In this document: in pieces, positions 1 to 10,199 of the stretch
Layout of the letters: each line of letters opens with the position of its first letter
Position numbering within the stretch: the stretch's first letter is position 1
Source of the DNA: an uncultured delta proteobacterium
GTDB lineage: Bacteria; Desulfobacterota; Binatia; Binatales; Binataceae
Assembly (NCBI GenBank): GCA_963851325.1
Contig: CAWKOR010000002.1
Span: 263,289-327,288 of the forward strand
Reading direction: 5' to 3'
Length of the DNA: 64,000 nucleotides
Program-made: the position numbers and the translations under genes
The notes under the pieces: generated by a model
Told to the model about the DNA's origin: nothing
The model's database searches: none
The model's input: only the letters and a program-made list of their open reading frames with translations

Positions 1-639
1 GACCGAGTTGAGGCGATAAAAAAGATCCTCGCGAAACTGTGACGCCTTCATCATCGCGCGCAAGTCGCGATTGGTCGCAGCCACCAATCGAATCGACACC
101 TGGTAGATCTTGGTTGAACCGACCGGCTGGATTTCCTGGTTCTCGACCGCGCGCAGCAGCTTGGGTTGGAGGCTCAGCGGAAGCTCACCGATCTCATCGA
201 GAAACAGCGTCCCGCCGTTGGCGGAACGAAAATAGCCGAGCGAATCCTCGCGGGCGTCGGTGAACGCGCCCTTGACGTGCCCAAAGAGCTGCGACTCAGC
301 CAGGCTGTCGACCAGATTGGAACAGTTGAACGTCACAAACGGACGGTCGGGGGCGGTTCCGAAGCTATGCAGCGCCCATGCGATCAGTTCCTTGCCGGTG
401 CCCGACTCGCCTTCGATCAGTACGGTCTGCGTGTGGGGTCCGAGACGCTTGAGCGTGTTCACTATGGCGCGCATTTCGTCCGACCGCACCACCATTCCGC
501 CGATGTGCTCGGTGCCTTCGGATAGCTTCTCGATCGAAATCCATTCGCAGCCAGGTTCTGTTAGAGCGTCATGTGCCAGGTCATCCACTGTGATTCTCCC
601 TGCGGTGGGGAAACACAGCCGACCGAGCGCACCTCGCAC
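1..639 (-). CDS. Sigma-54-dependent transcriptional activator (AAA+ EBP), 5' part only; C-terminus lies beyond the window start. Short N-terminus with no receiver or GAF domain.
   Basis: Hand translation of the minus strand (not in the ORF track, which requires a stop inside the window). It reads ...ITVDDLAHDALTEPGCEWISIEKLSEGTEHIGGMVVRS...VLIEGESGTGKELIA...FVTFNCSNLVDSLAESQLFGHVKGAFTDAREDSLGYFRSANGGTLFLDEIGELPL...LVAATNRDLRAMMKASQFREDLFYRLNSV. Walker A GESGTGKE, a GAFTDA loop and the ESQLFGH and FREDLFYRLN motifs identify the sigma-54 interaction domain. There is an in-frame stop at 706-708. Candidate GTG starts are at 637-639 (GGGGGGA 9 nt upstream) or 664-666. Confidence 0.75.
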   Translation of the reverse strand, partial: MRGALGRLCFPTAGRITVDDLAHDALTEPGCEWISIEKLSEGTEHIGGMVVRSDEMRAIVNTLKRLGPHTQTVLIEGESGTGKELIAWALHSFGTAPDRPFVTFNCSNLVDSLAESQLFGHVKGAFTDAREDSLGYFRSANGGTLFLDEIGELPLSLQPKLLRAVENQEIQPVGSTKIYQVSIRLVAATNRDLRAMMKASQFREDLFYRLNSV

Positions 640-839
640 GTCACCGATTCCCCCCGCTGATACACACAGCAAATGGCGGGCCTACCGAGGCATTCGCGGC
701 GGTACATCAAATCCTTGGTTTTAATCGGATGCCGGAGCATCCAGCCATGCGCCGGTGCGAGCATGACTCTTTGTGAATCATGCTCCATCGGATGGTTATC
801 GCAACGGTGAAGGGGACTGTCTCACAATGAGGCGTCGGC

Positions 840-1631
840 TTAGAGAATCGTTTCGAGCAGATCCGGAAGGCCAACCAGATTGGGCAGTTCGGCATCGGGG
901 ACGGGGGACTGCTCGGATACCTTGATTCCCATTCTGTTCAGCCAGATGCTCTTGATGCCTACTGCGGCCGCGCCTGCGACGTCGCGCACGAGGCTGTCGC
1001 CGATCATAACCGCCGACGCCTCATCCACCCCGAGCCGATCGATCGCGAGGCGAAAGATCTCCGGCTTCGGTTTGCCGAAGCCCTCTTCGCCCGAGACCAG
1101 GATCGCATCGAAGTATCCAGCCAGACCCGAGCCGTCGATCTTCTCGCGCTGGATGTCGGAGGCGCCGTTGGTGATCATGCCGATTCTCACTCGCGAGCGC
1201 AGCGCATCCAGCACGGCGCGCGACTCCGGAAAGACCACATGACGTTGTTTGCGATCGGCCAGAAAGAAGTCCGCCAGTTCGCGCGCCATCGCAGGATCGT
1301 CGATGCCCACATCGGCGAGCGCGCGGGTCCATGCGTCGATGCGATAGCTCGGAATCCATTCGCGCAAAATGTTCAGGTTCGGTTCGTCGCCGGTGAACGC
1401 GCCCCACAGACCCTCGCGTGAGCTGATTCCGATATCGCGGCAGTACTGCACGGCGGGGCCGGCGCGCCACAATTCGATGGAGCGCGCGCGCAATGCCTTC
1501 AGCATACCGGCGACGTCCACTCCGTGACGCAGACGCGCGATATCGCAGGCCGCCAGCGCCGAGGCATCGTTGGAGGCTTCTTCCAGGATGAGGGTCTCGT
1601 CGAGATCGAAGAGGACGGTTTCGACTTTCAC
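840..1631 (-). CDS. HAD-superfamily hydrolase
   Basis: 263-aa ORF with the HAD motif I FDLDETL near the N-terminus, a KPKPEIF-type motif and a terminal GDS..D motif. Confidence 0.8.
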   Translation of the reverse strand: MKVETVLFDLDETLILEEASNDASALAACDIARLRHGVDVAGMLKALRARSIELWRAGPAVQYCRDIGISSREGLWGAFTGDEPNLNILREWIPSYRIDAWTRALADVGIDDPAMARELADFFLADRKQRHVVFPESRAVLDALRSRVRIGMITNGASDIQREKIDGSGLAGYFDAILVSGEEGFGKPKPEIFRLAIDRLGVDEASAVMIGDSLVRDVAGAAAVGIKSIWLNRMGIKVSEQSPVPDAELPNLVGLPDLLETIL

Positions 1632-1637
1632 TTGCGT

Positions 1638-2084
1638 CTACGCGTCCAGAATCTCGGCGAGGACTTTGGCCGGATGATCGCGCGGATCGACGCGGTCATA
1701 AACCCGGGCGATAGCGCCTTGTTCATCGATGAGAAAGCTTATCCGCTCGGCGTACTTCGCCTTCACATCGGAGCATGCCCCGTAGGCCAGCGCGACTTCG
1801 CGATCGACATCACATAGCAGCGGGAATTTGAAATCGAATTTGCGCGCGAATGCGGCGTTGCGCTCGACCGGGTCGAAGCTGATCCCTAGAAGCTGAATCG
1901 CGTTGTCGTCGTAGTACTCCTGATGGTCGCGAAAGCCGCGACCTTCAAGTGAGCATCCGGGAGTGTCGGCCTCGGGATAAAACCACAGCAGGACCTTCTT
2001 GCCGCGCAAGCTCGAAAGCGAAACCGGAGCACCGGTGTGCGATTGAATCGTGAAATCGGGAGCAGTGTCGCCCACCTTAAGCAT
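1638..2084 (-). CDS. bcp: Thiol peroxidase / peroxiredoxin, Bcp type
   Basis: The ORF 1638..2174 contains MLKVGDTAPDFTIQSH...KKVLLWFYPEADTPGCSLE (peroxidatic Cys in a TPGC context). The internal Met (residue 31) gives a Bcp-length protein and removes the overlap with the upstream gene. Confidence 0.8.
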   Translation of the reverse strand: MLKVGDTAPDFTIQSHTGAPVSLSSLRGKKVLLWFYPEADTPGCSLEGRGFRDHQEYYDDNAIQLLGISFDPVERNAAFARKFDFKFPLLCDVDREVALAYGACSDVKAKYAERISFLIDEQGAIARVYDRVDPRDHPAKVLAEILDA

Positions 2085-2106
2085 CGAGGGTCCCGCGCCC
2101 GGCGAT

Positions 2107-2661
2107 CTAGTTGAGGCTGGCGCGCAAGCTGCGCAACTGTTTGTCGATCGACGCCGCGGCCGCTGCGTCGCCACCGGCGCGCTGCGCCAGGCGCAGCGCC
2201 TCTTCGAATTCCGCGATGGCCTTCAGCACCATGCCTTTCTGCGCGTACAGGCGGCCCAGATTCATGAACGGATAATGACGCGGTTCATACTTGGGCGCGG
2301 TCTTGGCTTTCTCGAGCCATTCGATCGCGTCATCGAGCTGGCCCTTCGCAATCAGGTACGCGCCGATGTCGTTGTAGGGGTTGCCGAACTCGGGATCGAC
2401 TTCGATGGCGCGCTTGCATTCCTCGATCGCATCGTCGGTGCGGCCGAAGGATTGATAAGCCCAGCCGCGAAAGGTGTAGGCCTCGGCGGTGGGAAAGGTT
2501 TCGATGGATTGCGAATAGAGGCTGACCGCGGTGGTGAGCTCATCGACGGCTTCGCGATCGCATTGGCCGCCGGCCAGCGCGAACGCACGGGTGTGATGGC
2601 TGTAACCTTCGCGCCACAACTCGACCGCCCGAATTTTTTGTATCGTCGCGTCCACTCTCAA
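2107..2661 (-). CDS. TPR-repeat protein (cytoplasmic; no signal peptide)
   Basis: 184 aa with tandem tetratricopeptide-like repeats (AEAYTFRGWAYQSFGRTDDAIEECKRAIEVDP..., NPYNDIGAYLIAKGQLDDAIEWLEKA..., HYPFMNLGRLYAQKGMVLKAIAEFEEAL). It is located at the distal end of the Tad operon. Confidence 0.7.
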   Translation of the reverse strand: MRVDATIQKIRAVELWREGYSHHTRAFALAGGQCDREAVDELTTAVSLYSQSIETFPTAEAYTFRGWAYQSFGRTDDAIEECKRAIEVDPEFGNPYNDIGAYLIAKGQLDDAIEWLEKAKTAPKYEPRHYPFMNLGRLYAQKGMVLKAIAEFEEALRLAQRAGGDAAAAASIDKQLRSLRASLN

Positions 2662-2718
2662 TCCAGTTATGTCCGGGAACGAGAAACGTCAAGTGGTAAG
2701 TCGCGCATCATTTCACCG

Positions 2719-3663
2719 CTAGCGCGCCCCCTGCGACATGGCGCGCACGATTTCCATCATCGCAGGCCCGACGATCACGATCATCATCGCGGGCAGGATA
2801 AAAAAGATCAGCGGAAATAAAATTTTTACGGTGGTCTTCTGCGCGGCTTCCTCGGCTCGCAGCCGCCGCGAGTTGCGCAAACTGTCCGACAACGCGCGCA
2901 ACGCCGGACCCATTCGCGAGCCCAGCTGCTCGCTCTGAATCATGGTGGCCGCCAATGGCTTGATGTCTTCGATTTTGGTGCGCTCCGCGAGCGCGCGGAG
3001 TGCGAAGCCCAGGCCGGTGCCGGAATTCAGTTCCGCGGACACCATCGCGAGTTCGCGTCCGATCAATTGTCCCTGGCGATCCGCTTCGTTACCGACCATC
3101 TTGATGGCCTCGGTCACCCCGAGGCCCGCCTCGACGCATACCACCAGCAAATCCAGGACATTGGAAAGCTGGCTGGAAATTTCGGCGCGGCGCTTTTTCG
3201 CGCGATGGACTATCACCTGTAACGGCAACCACGCGCCCAGCGCGGCGCCTGCGATCATCACCACTATGGTGCGTGGCCCGGACCATTCGAGCAGCACACT
3301 CAGCGCGAGGGCCGCGCATGTCATCCCAATCGCCGAGCTGATGCGCACCAACTGAAAGATGTGCATCGCGCGCGCGCCGGGATAGCCGGCTTGCACCATG
3401 ATCTTCGCGACCTTTGCGACTTCGGGGGCGTCGAGCTTGGGTTTGGGAACCTTGCGCAGCGCCCATCTGAACAGCATTTGCGCCATGCTCCGGCTCTCGA
3501 TGTCCCGCGCGTCGAGCGATCCATACGAGACGCGCATTTTGGCGCCCATCTCCGACATCCGCTCGTCGATGACACTGGAGCGCTCAGACATCGCGGCAGA
3601 GATGCATACCGCGACGATCGCCAGCAGGAGGAAAATCACCAGGCTTAGGATTAACGGCGACAT
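2719..3663 (-). CDS. tadC: Flp pilus assembly inner-membrane protein TadC (type II secretion F domain)
   Basis: The ORF 2719..3729 has multiple TM segments and a T2SS-F-type cytoplasmic domain. The likely start is the internal ATG at 3661-3663 (MSPLILSLVIFLLLA...), which overlaps the tadB stop (ATGA-type junction). The ORF-track start is a TTG. Confidence 0.8.
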   Translation of the reverse strand: MSPLILSLVIFLLLAIVAVCISAAMSERSSVIDERMSEMGAKMRVSYGSLDARDIESRSMAQMLFRWALRKVPKPKLDAPEVAKVAKIMVQAGYPGARAMHIFQLVRISSAIGMTCAALALSVLLEWSGPRTIVVMIAGAALGAWLPLQVIVHRAKKRRAEISSQLSNVLDLLVVCVEAGLGVTEAIKMVGNEADRQGQLIGRELAMVSAELNSGTGLGFALRALAERTKIEDIKPLAATMIQSEQLGSRMGPALRALSDSLRNSRRLRAEEAAQKTTVKILFPLIFFILPAMMIVIVGPAMMEIVRAMSQGAR

Positions 3664-3664
3664 T

Positions 3665-4615
3665 TCAATACTTGACCTTGAGCAACTTGCGAATCGACAG
3701 GAACGCGAGCACATCCAGGGTCGCCGCAATCTTCAGCAGTCGCTGGCCGCCCGGTTCATAAAACAGAGTGTGGGTGTACGAGGGCTGGATGACGCTGAAG
3801 GCGGCAAGCAGAATGGCTGGAAGCGCCGCCACCACCCATCCGCTCATCCGTGCCTGCGCCGTGAGCGCCTTCACCTGGCTGGTGAGGCGATGGCGAATGC
3901 GAACGATCTCGGCCAGCCGCTCGATTATCACCGCGAGACTGCTGCCGACTTCGGACTGAACGCGCACCGCGACGATCAGTAGCCGGAGGTCGTCATCGGG
4001 AACCCGCTTGAGCATCTCCTCCAAGGCACGCGGGAGCGGAAAACCAAGCCGGGTCTGCTCGATGACCGAGCGGAATTCGGTCGCAATCGGATCTTCGAAC
4101 TCGCCCACCACTACTTGCAGTCCGCGCAACAGTGAGTGGCCCGCTTCGAGCGAGGATTTGAGCAGGTCGAGCGCGAACGGAAGTTGCTGCCCGAAACGTT
4201 TGATGCGGCGCCCGCGCTTGATCCGGATGTAGAAGATCGGCAGGATGGCGAGCCCGCCGCCCAAAGCGATCGCGAAAACCGGATCCGACCACAGCGCGGC
4301 GCCAATCAAGGCGCCCGCCCCGAACATCAACAGCATCAGCAGCAAAATATCGCTGACCCGGCGATAGATGCCCGCTTGCCAGAGACTCTGCTCCAGCTTG
4401 TGCATCACGCCGAGGTCGTAGAACCATCCGAGCCCCGAGCTGAGGCCGCGCTCCTTCTTGAGATGATCGCGAAGGATTTCTTCGCCTGCCACCTGCGGCC
4501 TGCGGAGCCGATTCTCGAGCTGACGCGCTTCGTGCGCCGGGCGGGTGTTGCGCAACACAAAGTAGCCGACCACCCCCGCCACCAACGCCAACAACAAGAG
4601 CCCCAGGAGTTCCAT
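3665..4615 (-). CDS. tadB: Flp pilus assembly inner-membrane protein TadB (type II secretion F domain)
   Basis: 316 aa; N-terminal TM, then a GspF-like domain and C-terminal TM helices. It sits immediately downstream of cpaF and upstream of tadC. Confidence 0.85.
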   Translation of the reverse strand: MELLGLLLLALVAGVVGYFVLRNTRPAHEARQLENRLRRPQVAGEEILRDHLKKERGLSSGLGWFYDLGVMHKLEQSLWQAGIYRRVSDILLLMLLMFGAGALIGAALWSDPVFAIALGGGLAILPIFYIRIKRGRRIKRFGQQLPFALDLLKSSLEAGHSLLRGLQVVVGEFEDPIATEFRSVIEQTRLGFPLPRALEEMLKRVPDDDLRLLIVAVRVQSEVGSSLAVIIERLAEIVRIRHRLTSQVKALTAQARMSGWVVAALPAILLAAFSVIQPSYTHTLFYEPGGQRLLKIAATLDVLAFLSIRKLLKVKY

Positions 4616-4620
4616 CGCGT

Positions 4621-6006
4621 TTAAGCCTCGGCGGCGCGGATGAGCCGCGTGTCGGTCTTGTATCCGGCGATCTCCAGCCGGCGCGCATATGACGAACGAA
4701 TTCCGGTCGGCCGATAAACGCCGATGATCGCGCCGTCGGGCGCGCTGTCGGTCCGGCTGAATTCGTAGAGGTCCTGCATCATGATCATCTCGCCTTCCAT
4801 TCCGGAAATCTCGGAAATCTTCATCACCTTGCGCGAGCCGTCAGACAGGCGAGCGACGTGAACGATCATGTTGATGGCGGCAGCCACTTGCTGGCGCATC
4901 GCGCGTTGCGGAATAGGGAATCCGGAAAGCAGCATCATCATTTCGAGGCGGCCAAGGCATTCGCGCGCGCTGTTGGCGTGGATGGTGGCGATCGAACCAT
5001 CGTGCCCGGTGCTCATCGCCTGCAACATGTCGAACACCTCAGCGCCGCGGCATTCGCCGACCACGATTCGGTCGGGGCGCATTCGCAGCGTGTTTTTCAG
5101 TAGATCGCGCTGGGTGACTTCGCCCTTCCCTTCCATGTTCGCGGGGCGAGTCTCGAGGCGCACCACGTGCGGCTGCTGCAGTGACAACTCCGCAGAATCC
5201 TCGATGGTGACGATGCGCTCATTTTCGGGGACGAACGCCGAGAGGCAATTGAGCATCGTGGTCTTTCCGGAACCGGTCCCGCCACATACCAGGATGTTGA
5301 GGCGGGCCCGCACCACGGCCATCAGAAACTCGACCATCTCCCAGGTGACGGTGCCTTTTTCGACCAGACCTCCGATGTCGTAGCGCTTCTTTCCGAAACG
5401 TCGAATCGACAGCGAGGGCCCATCGATCGCAAGCGGCGGAATGATTGCGTTGATACGCGAGCCGTCGGGCAGGCGCGCATCGACCTTCGGCGACGCTTCA
5501 TCGATACGGCGTCCAACCCGCGAGACGATGCGATCGATGATCAGCATCACGTGCTGATCGTCATAGAACTGCACGTCGGTGAGATGGAGCTTACCGCCCT
5601 TCTCGACGTAAACCTGGTGGGCGCCATTGACCATGATGTCGGTCACCGCGTCGTCGCGCAGCAGCGGCTCCAGCGGCCCGAGGCCGAGCAACTCGTTTTT
5701 GATCTCCTCGACCAGCCGATCGCGGTCGGCATCGGTAAGCAGCCGCCCGTCCTCGCTCAGGATGTCGGTGATGGCCGCGATGACCTTGGTAGAAACCAGC
5801 GAAGGCTCGAGCGATTCCAGTTTCGAAATGTCGACCGTCTCGAACAGCCGGTTGTGAACCTTGATCTTGAGCCGCCGCGCGCCTTCGGAGAGGAGGTCCG
5901 GCTTGCGCTTGGCATTGCTTGCTATGAATGAACCGGGCGCGTCGGCGTCGCAACCATGCCGTGCGTCGTCGGATCGTTTTTGTCCCAGCCGGCCGGCAAG
6001 TCCCAT
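4621..6006 (-). CDS. cpaF: Flp pilus assembly secretion ATPase CpaF/TadA
   Basis: 461 aa with Walker [12 protein letters not shown], the Asp box, Walker B IVVGECRG and a His box (ATIHANSA), typical of the VirB11/GspE-family CpaF ATPase. Confidence 0.9.
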   Translation of the reverse strand: MGLAGRLGQKRSDDARHGCDADAPGSFIASNAKRKPDLLSEGARRLKIKVHNRLFETVDISKLESLEPSLVSTKVIAAITDILSEDGRLLTDADRDRLVEEIKNELLGLGPLEPLLRDDAVTDIMVNGAHQVYVEKGGKLHLTDVQFYDDQHVMLIIDRIVSRVGRRIDEASPKVDARLPDGSRINAIIPPLAIDGPSLSIRRFGKKRYDIGGLVEKGTVTWEMVEFLMAVVRARLNILVCGGTGSGKTTMLNCLSAFVPENERIVTIEDSAELSLQQPHVVRLETRPANMEGKGEVTQRDLLKNTLRMRPDRIVVGECRGAEVFDMLQAMSTGHDGSIATIHANSARECLGRLEMMMLLSGFPIPQRAMRQQVAAAINMIVHVARLSDGSRKVMKISEISGMEGEMIMMQDLYEFSRTDSAPDGAIIGVYRPTGIRSSYARRLEIAGYKTDTRLIRAAEA

Positions 6007-6017
6007 GATGCCCTACC

Positions 6018-7238
6018 TCAAGAGTGTGCGCTGAAGGCGGAGAACAGCCGCGCCATGAATGGCCGCTCGCGTTGCGCCGCCCCTTCGACATTGGCCATCC
6101 GGCACGCGAGCGACTCGAAGGTCTTCACCAGAGGCGAAGCAGCGGCGACCTGCCACAGATCCTTGCCGCTGAGTTCCGCGAGCTCGAACGATTTGTCGTC
6201 GCGCAGAATGTTCACGTACATCGGGCGTCCGAGCGTGTTCTCCACTTGTTTCTGCGTAATGCTGTGGGTGAGTTGAAAGCGATTGAGCAGGAAGTGCGGT
6301 TCGACCGCCAGGCTCAGCCGCTCGAACACGTCGATGAAGCGCCACGCCGAACGGACCGAAATGACCGACTGATTCAGCACATAAATGAGATGATTGGAGC
6401 GCTCCCAGGCCGAGACCGAATTCTCATCGAGGTGATGTCCGCCATCCACGATCACAAAGTCGAACATGTCGCGCATGAAATCGATTACCGTTCCCACGGT
6501 GCTGTCGGAAATCAGCTCGCCTTCCTCGATCCGCTTGGGCGCCGCGAGCAGATACACGCCTGACGAATGCTTGGTGAGCGCCGCTTCCAATTGAATCGAG
6601 TCCAGCTTCTTCTCCAGCCTGCATAGCGGCATGATGGTGAACTCGGGCTCGAGGTTGAGCAGCACCGCCAGTGCGCCGTTTTGCAAGTCCAGGTCGAGCA
6701 GCGCGACCCGCTTGTCCAGTTGGTAACGCAGCGCGAGCGCGAGGTTGACCGCAATCGAGCTGACCCCCACTCCGCCGACCATGCTGGCCAGCGAAATCAC
6801 CATGCCGCCATCGTGCCGTCCACTGCGGACGCGGGTCTCGCTGACTTTCAGGAGCGCACGGGTAAGGTCGCCCGGGTCCAACGGCAGGAAAAGCAGCTCG
6901 TCGGCGCCCGCGCGAATCACGCGCTTCATCAATCCGGGAGAACGCTCCTTGAGCAGGCCGAACAGAGCCGGGCGCGGCGTTTGCGATGCGTGACTCTGCA
7001 GGTAGGCGAGCGAACCGCCCTCGTCGCCGTTAAAAAGCACCATCGAGACGTCGACCGGTTCGCTCGCAGAGGTATCGGAATTCGAGTTGCCGTGTGGATC
7101 GGATTCGATTAGCTGCAGCGGCGGTTCGCTGATTCGTGCGAGCGCCAGCTTGACGGCGTCGCGAAGCTCGGACGCATGACCTATCAGGCCGATCCGCAAG
7201 GCCGCCTTCTTCGCGCTATTCACATCGATTACTGACAC
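6018..7238 (-). CDS. cpaE: Flp pilus assembly protein CpaE/TadZ (receiver-like N-domain plus ParA/MinD-like ATPase domain)
   Basis: 406 aa; an N-terminal response-regulator-like domain followed by a deviant Walker A region (ISLASMVGGVGVSSIAVNLA), characteristic of CpaE/TadZ. Confidence 0.85.
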   Translation of the reverse strand: MSVIDVNSAKKAALRIGLIGHASELRDAVKLALARISEPPLQLIESDPHGNSNSDTSASEPVDVSMVLFNGDEGGSLAYLQSHASQTPRPALFGLLKERSPGLMKRVIRAGADELLFLPLDPGDLTRALLKVSETRVRSGRHDGGMVISLASMVGGVGVSSIAVNLALALRYQLDKRVALLDLDLQNGALAVLLNLEPEFTIMPLCRLEKKLDSIQLEAALTKHSSGVYLLAAPKRIEEGELISDSTVGTVIDFMRDMFDFVIVDGGHHLDENSVSAWERSNHLIYVLNQSVISVRSAWRFIDVFERLSLAVEPHFLLNRFQLTHSITQKQVENTLGRPMYVNILRDDKSFELAELSGKDLWQVAAASPLVKTFESLACRMANVEGAAQRERPFMARLFSAFSAHS

Positions 7239-7252
7239 CCAATACTCCTTGG

Positions 7253-9049
7253 TTAGAACCGTGGACGGGCTGGATCGGGCTCGGCGAGTCGCTTGGTGCG
7301 GACTTCGTCTTCGGTCAATGGCCCGCGCTCGGACGGCTCCAACACCTGCCCGTTGGGCGGCAGCGGGCCTACGATTTGCGGACGTACGGACATAACCAGA
7401 TCGGTTTGCGCGTCCTGCCAGTCGGTGTTGCGGAACACCGCGCCCAGGTAAGGAATGTCGCCCAGATATGGAACCTTATGCACGACCGCGTTGCGGTTGC
7501 TGAGGATCAAACCCGCGATAATCAGCGTCTGGCCGTCTTTGAGCCGAACCATGGTGTCGGCCTTGCGGGTCACGAAAGCGGGGACGGTAAAGCCGAACAG
7601 CGATACTCCATGCGCATAATCAGGTTCTGAAACTTCGGTCTTGACCAGCAGCTCGATGTCGTCGCGGCCGATCACAGTCGGGCGGCAATTAATCTGGGTG
7701 CCGAACTGCTTGAAGACGATTGATGTGTTGAGCGCTTGCGCAAGCACGATCGGAATCTCGCCGCCGGACAGAAATGACGCGCTCTGTCCCGAGTTTGCCA
7801 GCAGATGCGGCTGCGCCAGGATGCGTCCAAGATTGTGCGACTCCAGGAACTGGAACAGCGATTGGGTCGCGATACCGGAACCCAGGGTCGACAATCCATA
7901 GGTCATCGTGCTGGAAAGCAGCAGCGGCAGCAGTTGCCCTCCAGGTGGAGCGACACCGGGCACCCCGCCGCTTCCGCCACTGAGCTGCGAGGTCGGACCA
8001 TAGGGGCTCGCGACCAGCCCGGGCAGACTCGATAGCGACACGCCGGTGTTCTGCAGGGCAACTGAAAAGTCGATTCCCTGGGTTTCGAGCTTGGTGCGAT
8101 CGAGTTCGGCCACGATTGCATTCAGCATCACCTGCTGCTTGCCGCCAGTGTCGATGCGGACCTGCCGTTCCTCGTAGTGGCCGCGATCGTCCCATACCGC
8201 CAGCGTGGTGAAGCCGGGGCGGTGACCAATCAGATTCAACTGATAAGGGCTGGTGACCTGGATATCGGCGATACTGCTGTCGGCAATCGAGATGCGCTTC
8301 AGGCGGCGGGGAAAATCGATGATCTCCGACGCACCGCTCATTACCGATATCACCTCGTCGGGCAGGTAATGGGGCCCTGTCGGTATCGGGTGCCCATGAT
8401 CCGTGATTGCCGGATCGTTTCGGTAGCGAACCGGAAGCGGCGCTTCAGCAGAAGCCGCCTGGCCATTTATCGGCAGCTTCACTGACGGACGATCGTCATT
8501 CGCGTGCGAGTCTTCTCCCGACGCTACATCCGAAGCGAACGCATCGGCGGCGTACGAGAGGCGCACGGTCTGCGACGTTCCGCCACTGATGCGGTTTGCG
8601 GGGGTGGATTTTGGAGACATCGCATCGGTCAGTGCGACCGGACCCGTCCCCGCATCGAGCGGGTTCGCGCGGTCGGCAATCGCGGCAACGTTGACGCGGT
8701 ATGCGACCTGGGCTCCATCATCCTGGGTTACAGTAACTTCCCACTGGCCTCGCTCAGCGCCCATCAGCACCAACTGGCCGGGCGTTTCGCCGTGGATGAC
8801 CAGAGCATGGGGATTTTCAATCACTCGAATCGCAGGTCTGGAATCAATCTTCAGATGATCGATGATCCGGGTTTGTCCGGCGTTCAAATTGATTGTCTGC
8901 GATTGCGCGACGTTTTCCGCGCACAACGGCCCTGCGGTCGCAAGCGAGATACTCGCGGCCAGAAGAAATCCCGCAGCGGCGGCGATGGTTGGTAACCTTC
9001 GGTTTTTGATGGTGTCCCGCATTTTCTCGCCGGCGAAGAATTCGCTCAT
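7253..9049 (-). CDS. cpaC: Flp pilus secretin CpaC/RcpA
   Basis: 598 aa with a signal peptide and a C-terminal secretin domain (VPYLGDIPYLGAVFRNT...). It overlaps the cpaB stop by 4 nt. Confidence 0.85.
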   Translation of the reverse strand: MSEFFAGEKMRDTIKNRRLPTIAAAAGFLLAASISLATAGPLCAENVAQSQTINLNAGQTRIIDHLKIDSRPAIRVIENPHALVIHGETPGQLVLMGAERGQWEVTVTQDDGAQVAYRVNVAAIADRANPLDAGTGPVALTDAMSPKSTPANRISGGTSQTVRLSYAADAFASDVASGEDSHANDDRPSVKLPINGQAASAEAPLPVRYRNDPAITDHGHPIPTGPHYLPDEVISVMSGASEIIDFPRRLKRISIADSSIADIQVTSPYQLNLIGHRPGFTTLAVWDDRGHYEERQVRIDTGGKQQVMLNAIVAELDRTKLETQGIDFSVALQNTGVSLSSLPGLVASPYGPTSQLSGGSGGVPGVAPPGGQLLPLLLSSTMTYGLSTLGSGIATQSLFQFLESHNLGRILAQPHLLANSGQSASFLSGGEIPIVLAQALNTSIVFKQFGTQINCRPTVIGRDDIELLVKTEVSEPDYAHGVSLFGFTVPAFVTRKADTMVRLKDGQTLIIAGLILSNRNAVVHKVPYLGDIPYLGAVFRNTDWQDAQTDLVMSVRPQIVGPLPPNGQVLEPSERGPLTEDEVRTKRLAEPDPARPRF

Positions 9050-10089
9050 GGCAACTCCAAAGTTTTCGGTACCGGCATGTAGGAGGCCGATGGCGCGCCC
9101 TCGGACTGGATGGAGCTTGCCGCAGCGCCGGTCACAGCAGAGCTGGAAGCATCGGGGGCTGCGGTCACGGTCGAGGTTTGAGGTACGCTGGGCGCCGCCA
9201 TCGGTGATTCGTGATGAGTTGAACTTCCGTTGGCGCCGGCAGAAATGAACGAAACGGTTTCGGCGTTCTTTCCATCGCGCATGATCTCGACCGCGAAGGG
9301 ATGGCGTCCGGCGCCGACAATTCTTCGCGGCATCAGATTGGACAGCGGCTGTGCGTTGATCGCAGGGGCAGTGCCATTGGGCCCCAGCAGATCAGCGAAG
9401 TCGCTGCCCGCAGTCGCGACGATCTTGTTATCGTTGTAGTTGCGCATCGCGAGCCGCAGGTTTCCTTCGCGGCTGGCGAGGCCGAGTTTTTCCCCGTCGT
9501 GCGGAGTGACCAGTAGCGTGACCACCTTGACGACTTCGGCCTCGTCCTTGCCCTTGTCGATCTGCTGGGCGACTGCGATCACTTCGATGTTCTGCAGCAC
9601 GATCTTCGAGTACGGTTTGTTGTTGTCGGCGCCGGTCCCCGACACCGCAACCAGCACGTCGACGTGGGTGTGAGGTTTCACGAAACCCGAAATGTCGCCG
9701 ACTTCGTCGACCGCGACCGACATCGCACGCATCCCGGGCGGAATGATCATCGGCATCACGCCGGGAATCCGGTCGCCCTGGATGAGATTGCGCCGGACCA
9801 GCGGCTGGCCCGCAACCATTTCATTTCTGGCGAAGCTGTTACCGACCATCGAGGGATCGGTGAAAGCGCCGTCCGGAACGCTCTGGCGCGACCACCGGAC
9901 CAGCTTCACATCAACTGGGGTAAGCTTCTCTCCGAGTTGCAGATCGCGCGCGGCGACCACAATGTCCTGGGTTTGTGCGCGCGCGACTTGAACCTGCGCC
10001 TCGCGGTTTTTCAGCGCGGAAAACACCACGATGCCTGCGAGCACCGCTGCTACCATCGCCAACATCAGGAAAATTGTCGGCCTTCTCAT
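9046..10089 (-). CDS. cpaB: Flp pilus assembly protein CpaB (SAF domain)
   Basis: 347 aa with an N-terminal TM anchor, a CpaB/RcpC-like SAF domain and a Ser/Ala/Thr-rich C-terminal tail. A GAGGGG RBS lies upstream of the ATG at 10087-10089. Confidence 0.85.
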   Translation of the reverse strand: MRRPTIFLMLAMVAAVLAGIVVFSALKNREAQVQVARAQTQDIVVAARDLQLGEKLTPVDVKLVRWSRQSVPDGAFTDPSMVGNSFARNEMVAGQPLVRRNLIQGDRIPGVMPMIIPPGMRAMSVAVDEVGDISGFVKPHTHVDVLVAVSGTGADNNKPYSKIVLQNIEVIAVAQQIDKGKDEAEVVKVVTLLVTPHDGEKLGLASREGNLRLAMRNYNDNKIVATAGSDFADLLGPNGTAPAINAQPLSNLMPRRIVGAGRHPFAVEIMRDGKNAETVSFISAGANGSSTHHESPMAAPSVPQTSTVTAAPDASSSAVTGAAASSIQSEGAPSASYMPVPKTLELP

Positions 10090-10141
10090 TTTCCCCTCTG
10101 AAAAACCCCTTCGCTCAAAACTTGCTTCGGCGCGCTTCGAG

Positions 10142-10185
10142 GCGAACCTCGCTCATGCGCGAATGAACGCGCTGGGCGAGGTTCG
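10142..10185 (-). other. Intercistronic stem-loop between flp and cpaB (candidate attenuator or partial terminator)
   Basis: A 10-11 bp inverted repeat gcgaacctcgc / gcgaggttcg encloses a nested gcgcg-aatgaa-cgcgc hairpin. It lies directly after the flp stop codon and before the cpaB RBS. Confidence 0.35.
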
Positions 10186-10199
10186 ACTTGAGGACGCTG

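Noticed and set aside
2107-2661. TPR protein as the TadD pilotin
   Set aside because: There is no signal peptide or lipobox, so it is predicted cytoplasmic. TadD is an outer-membrane lipoprotein.
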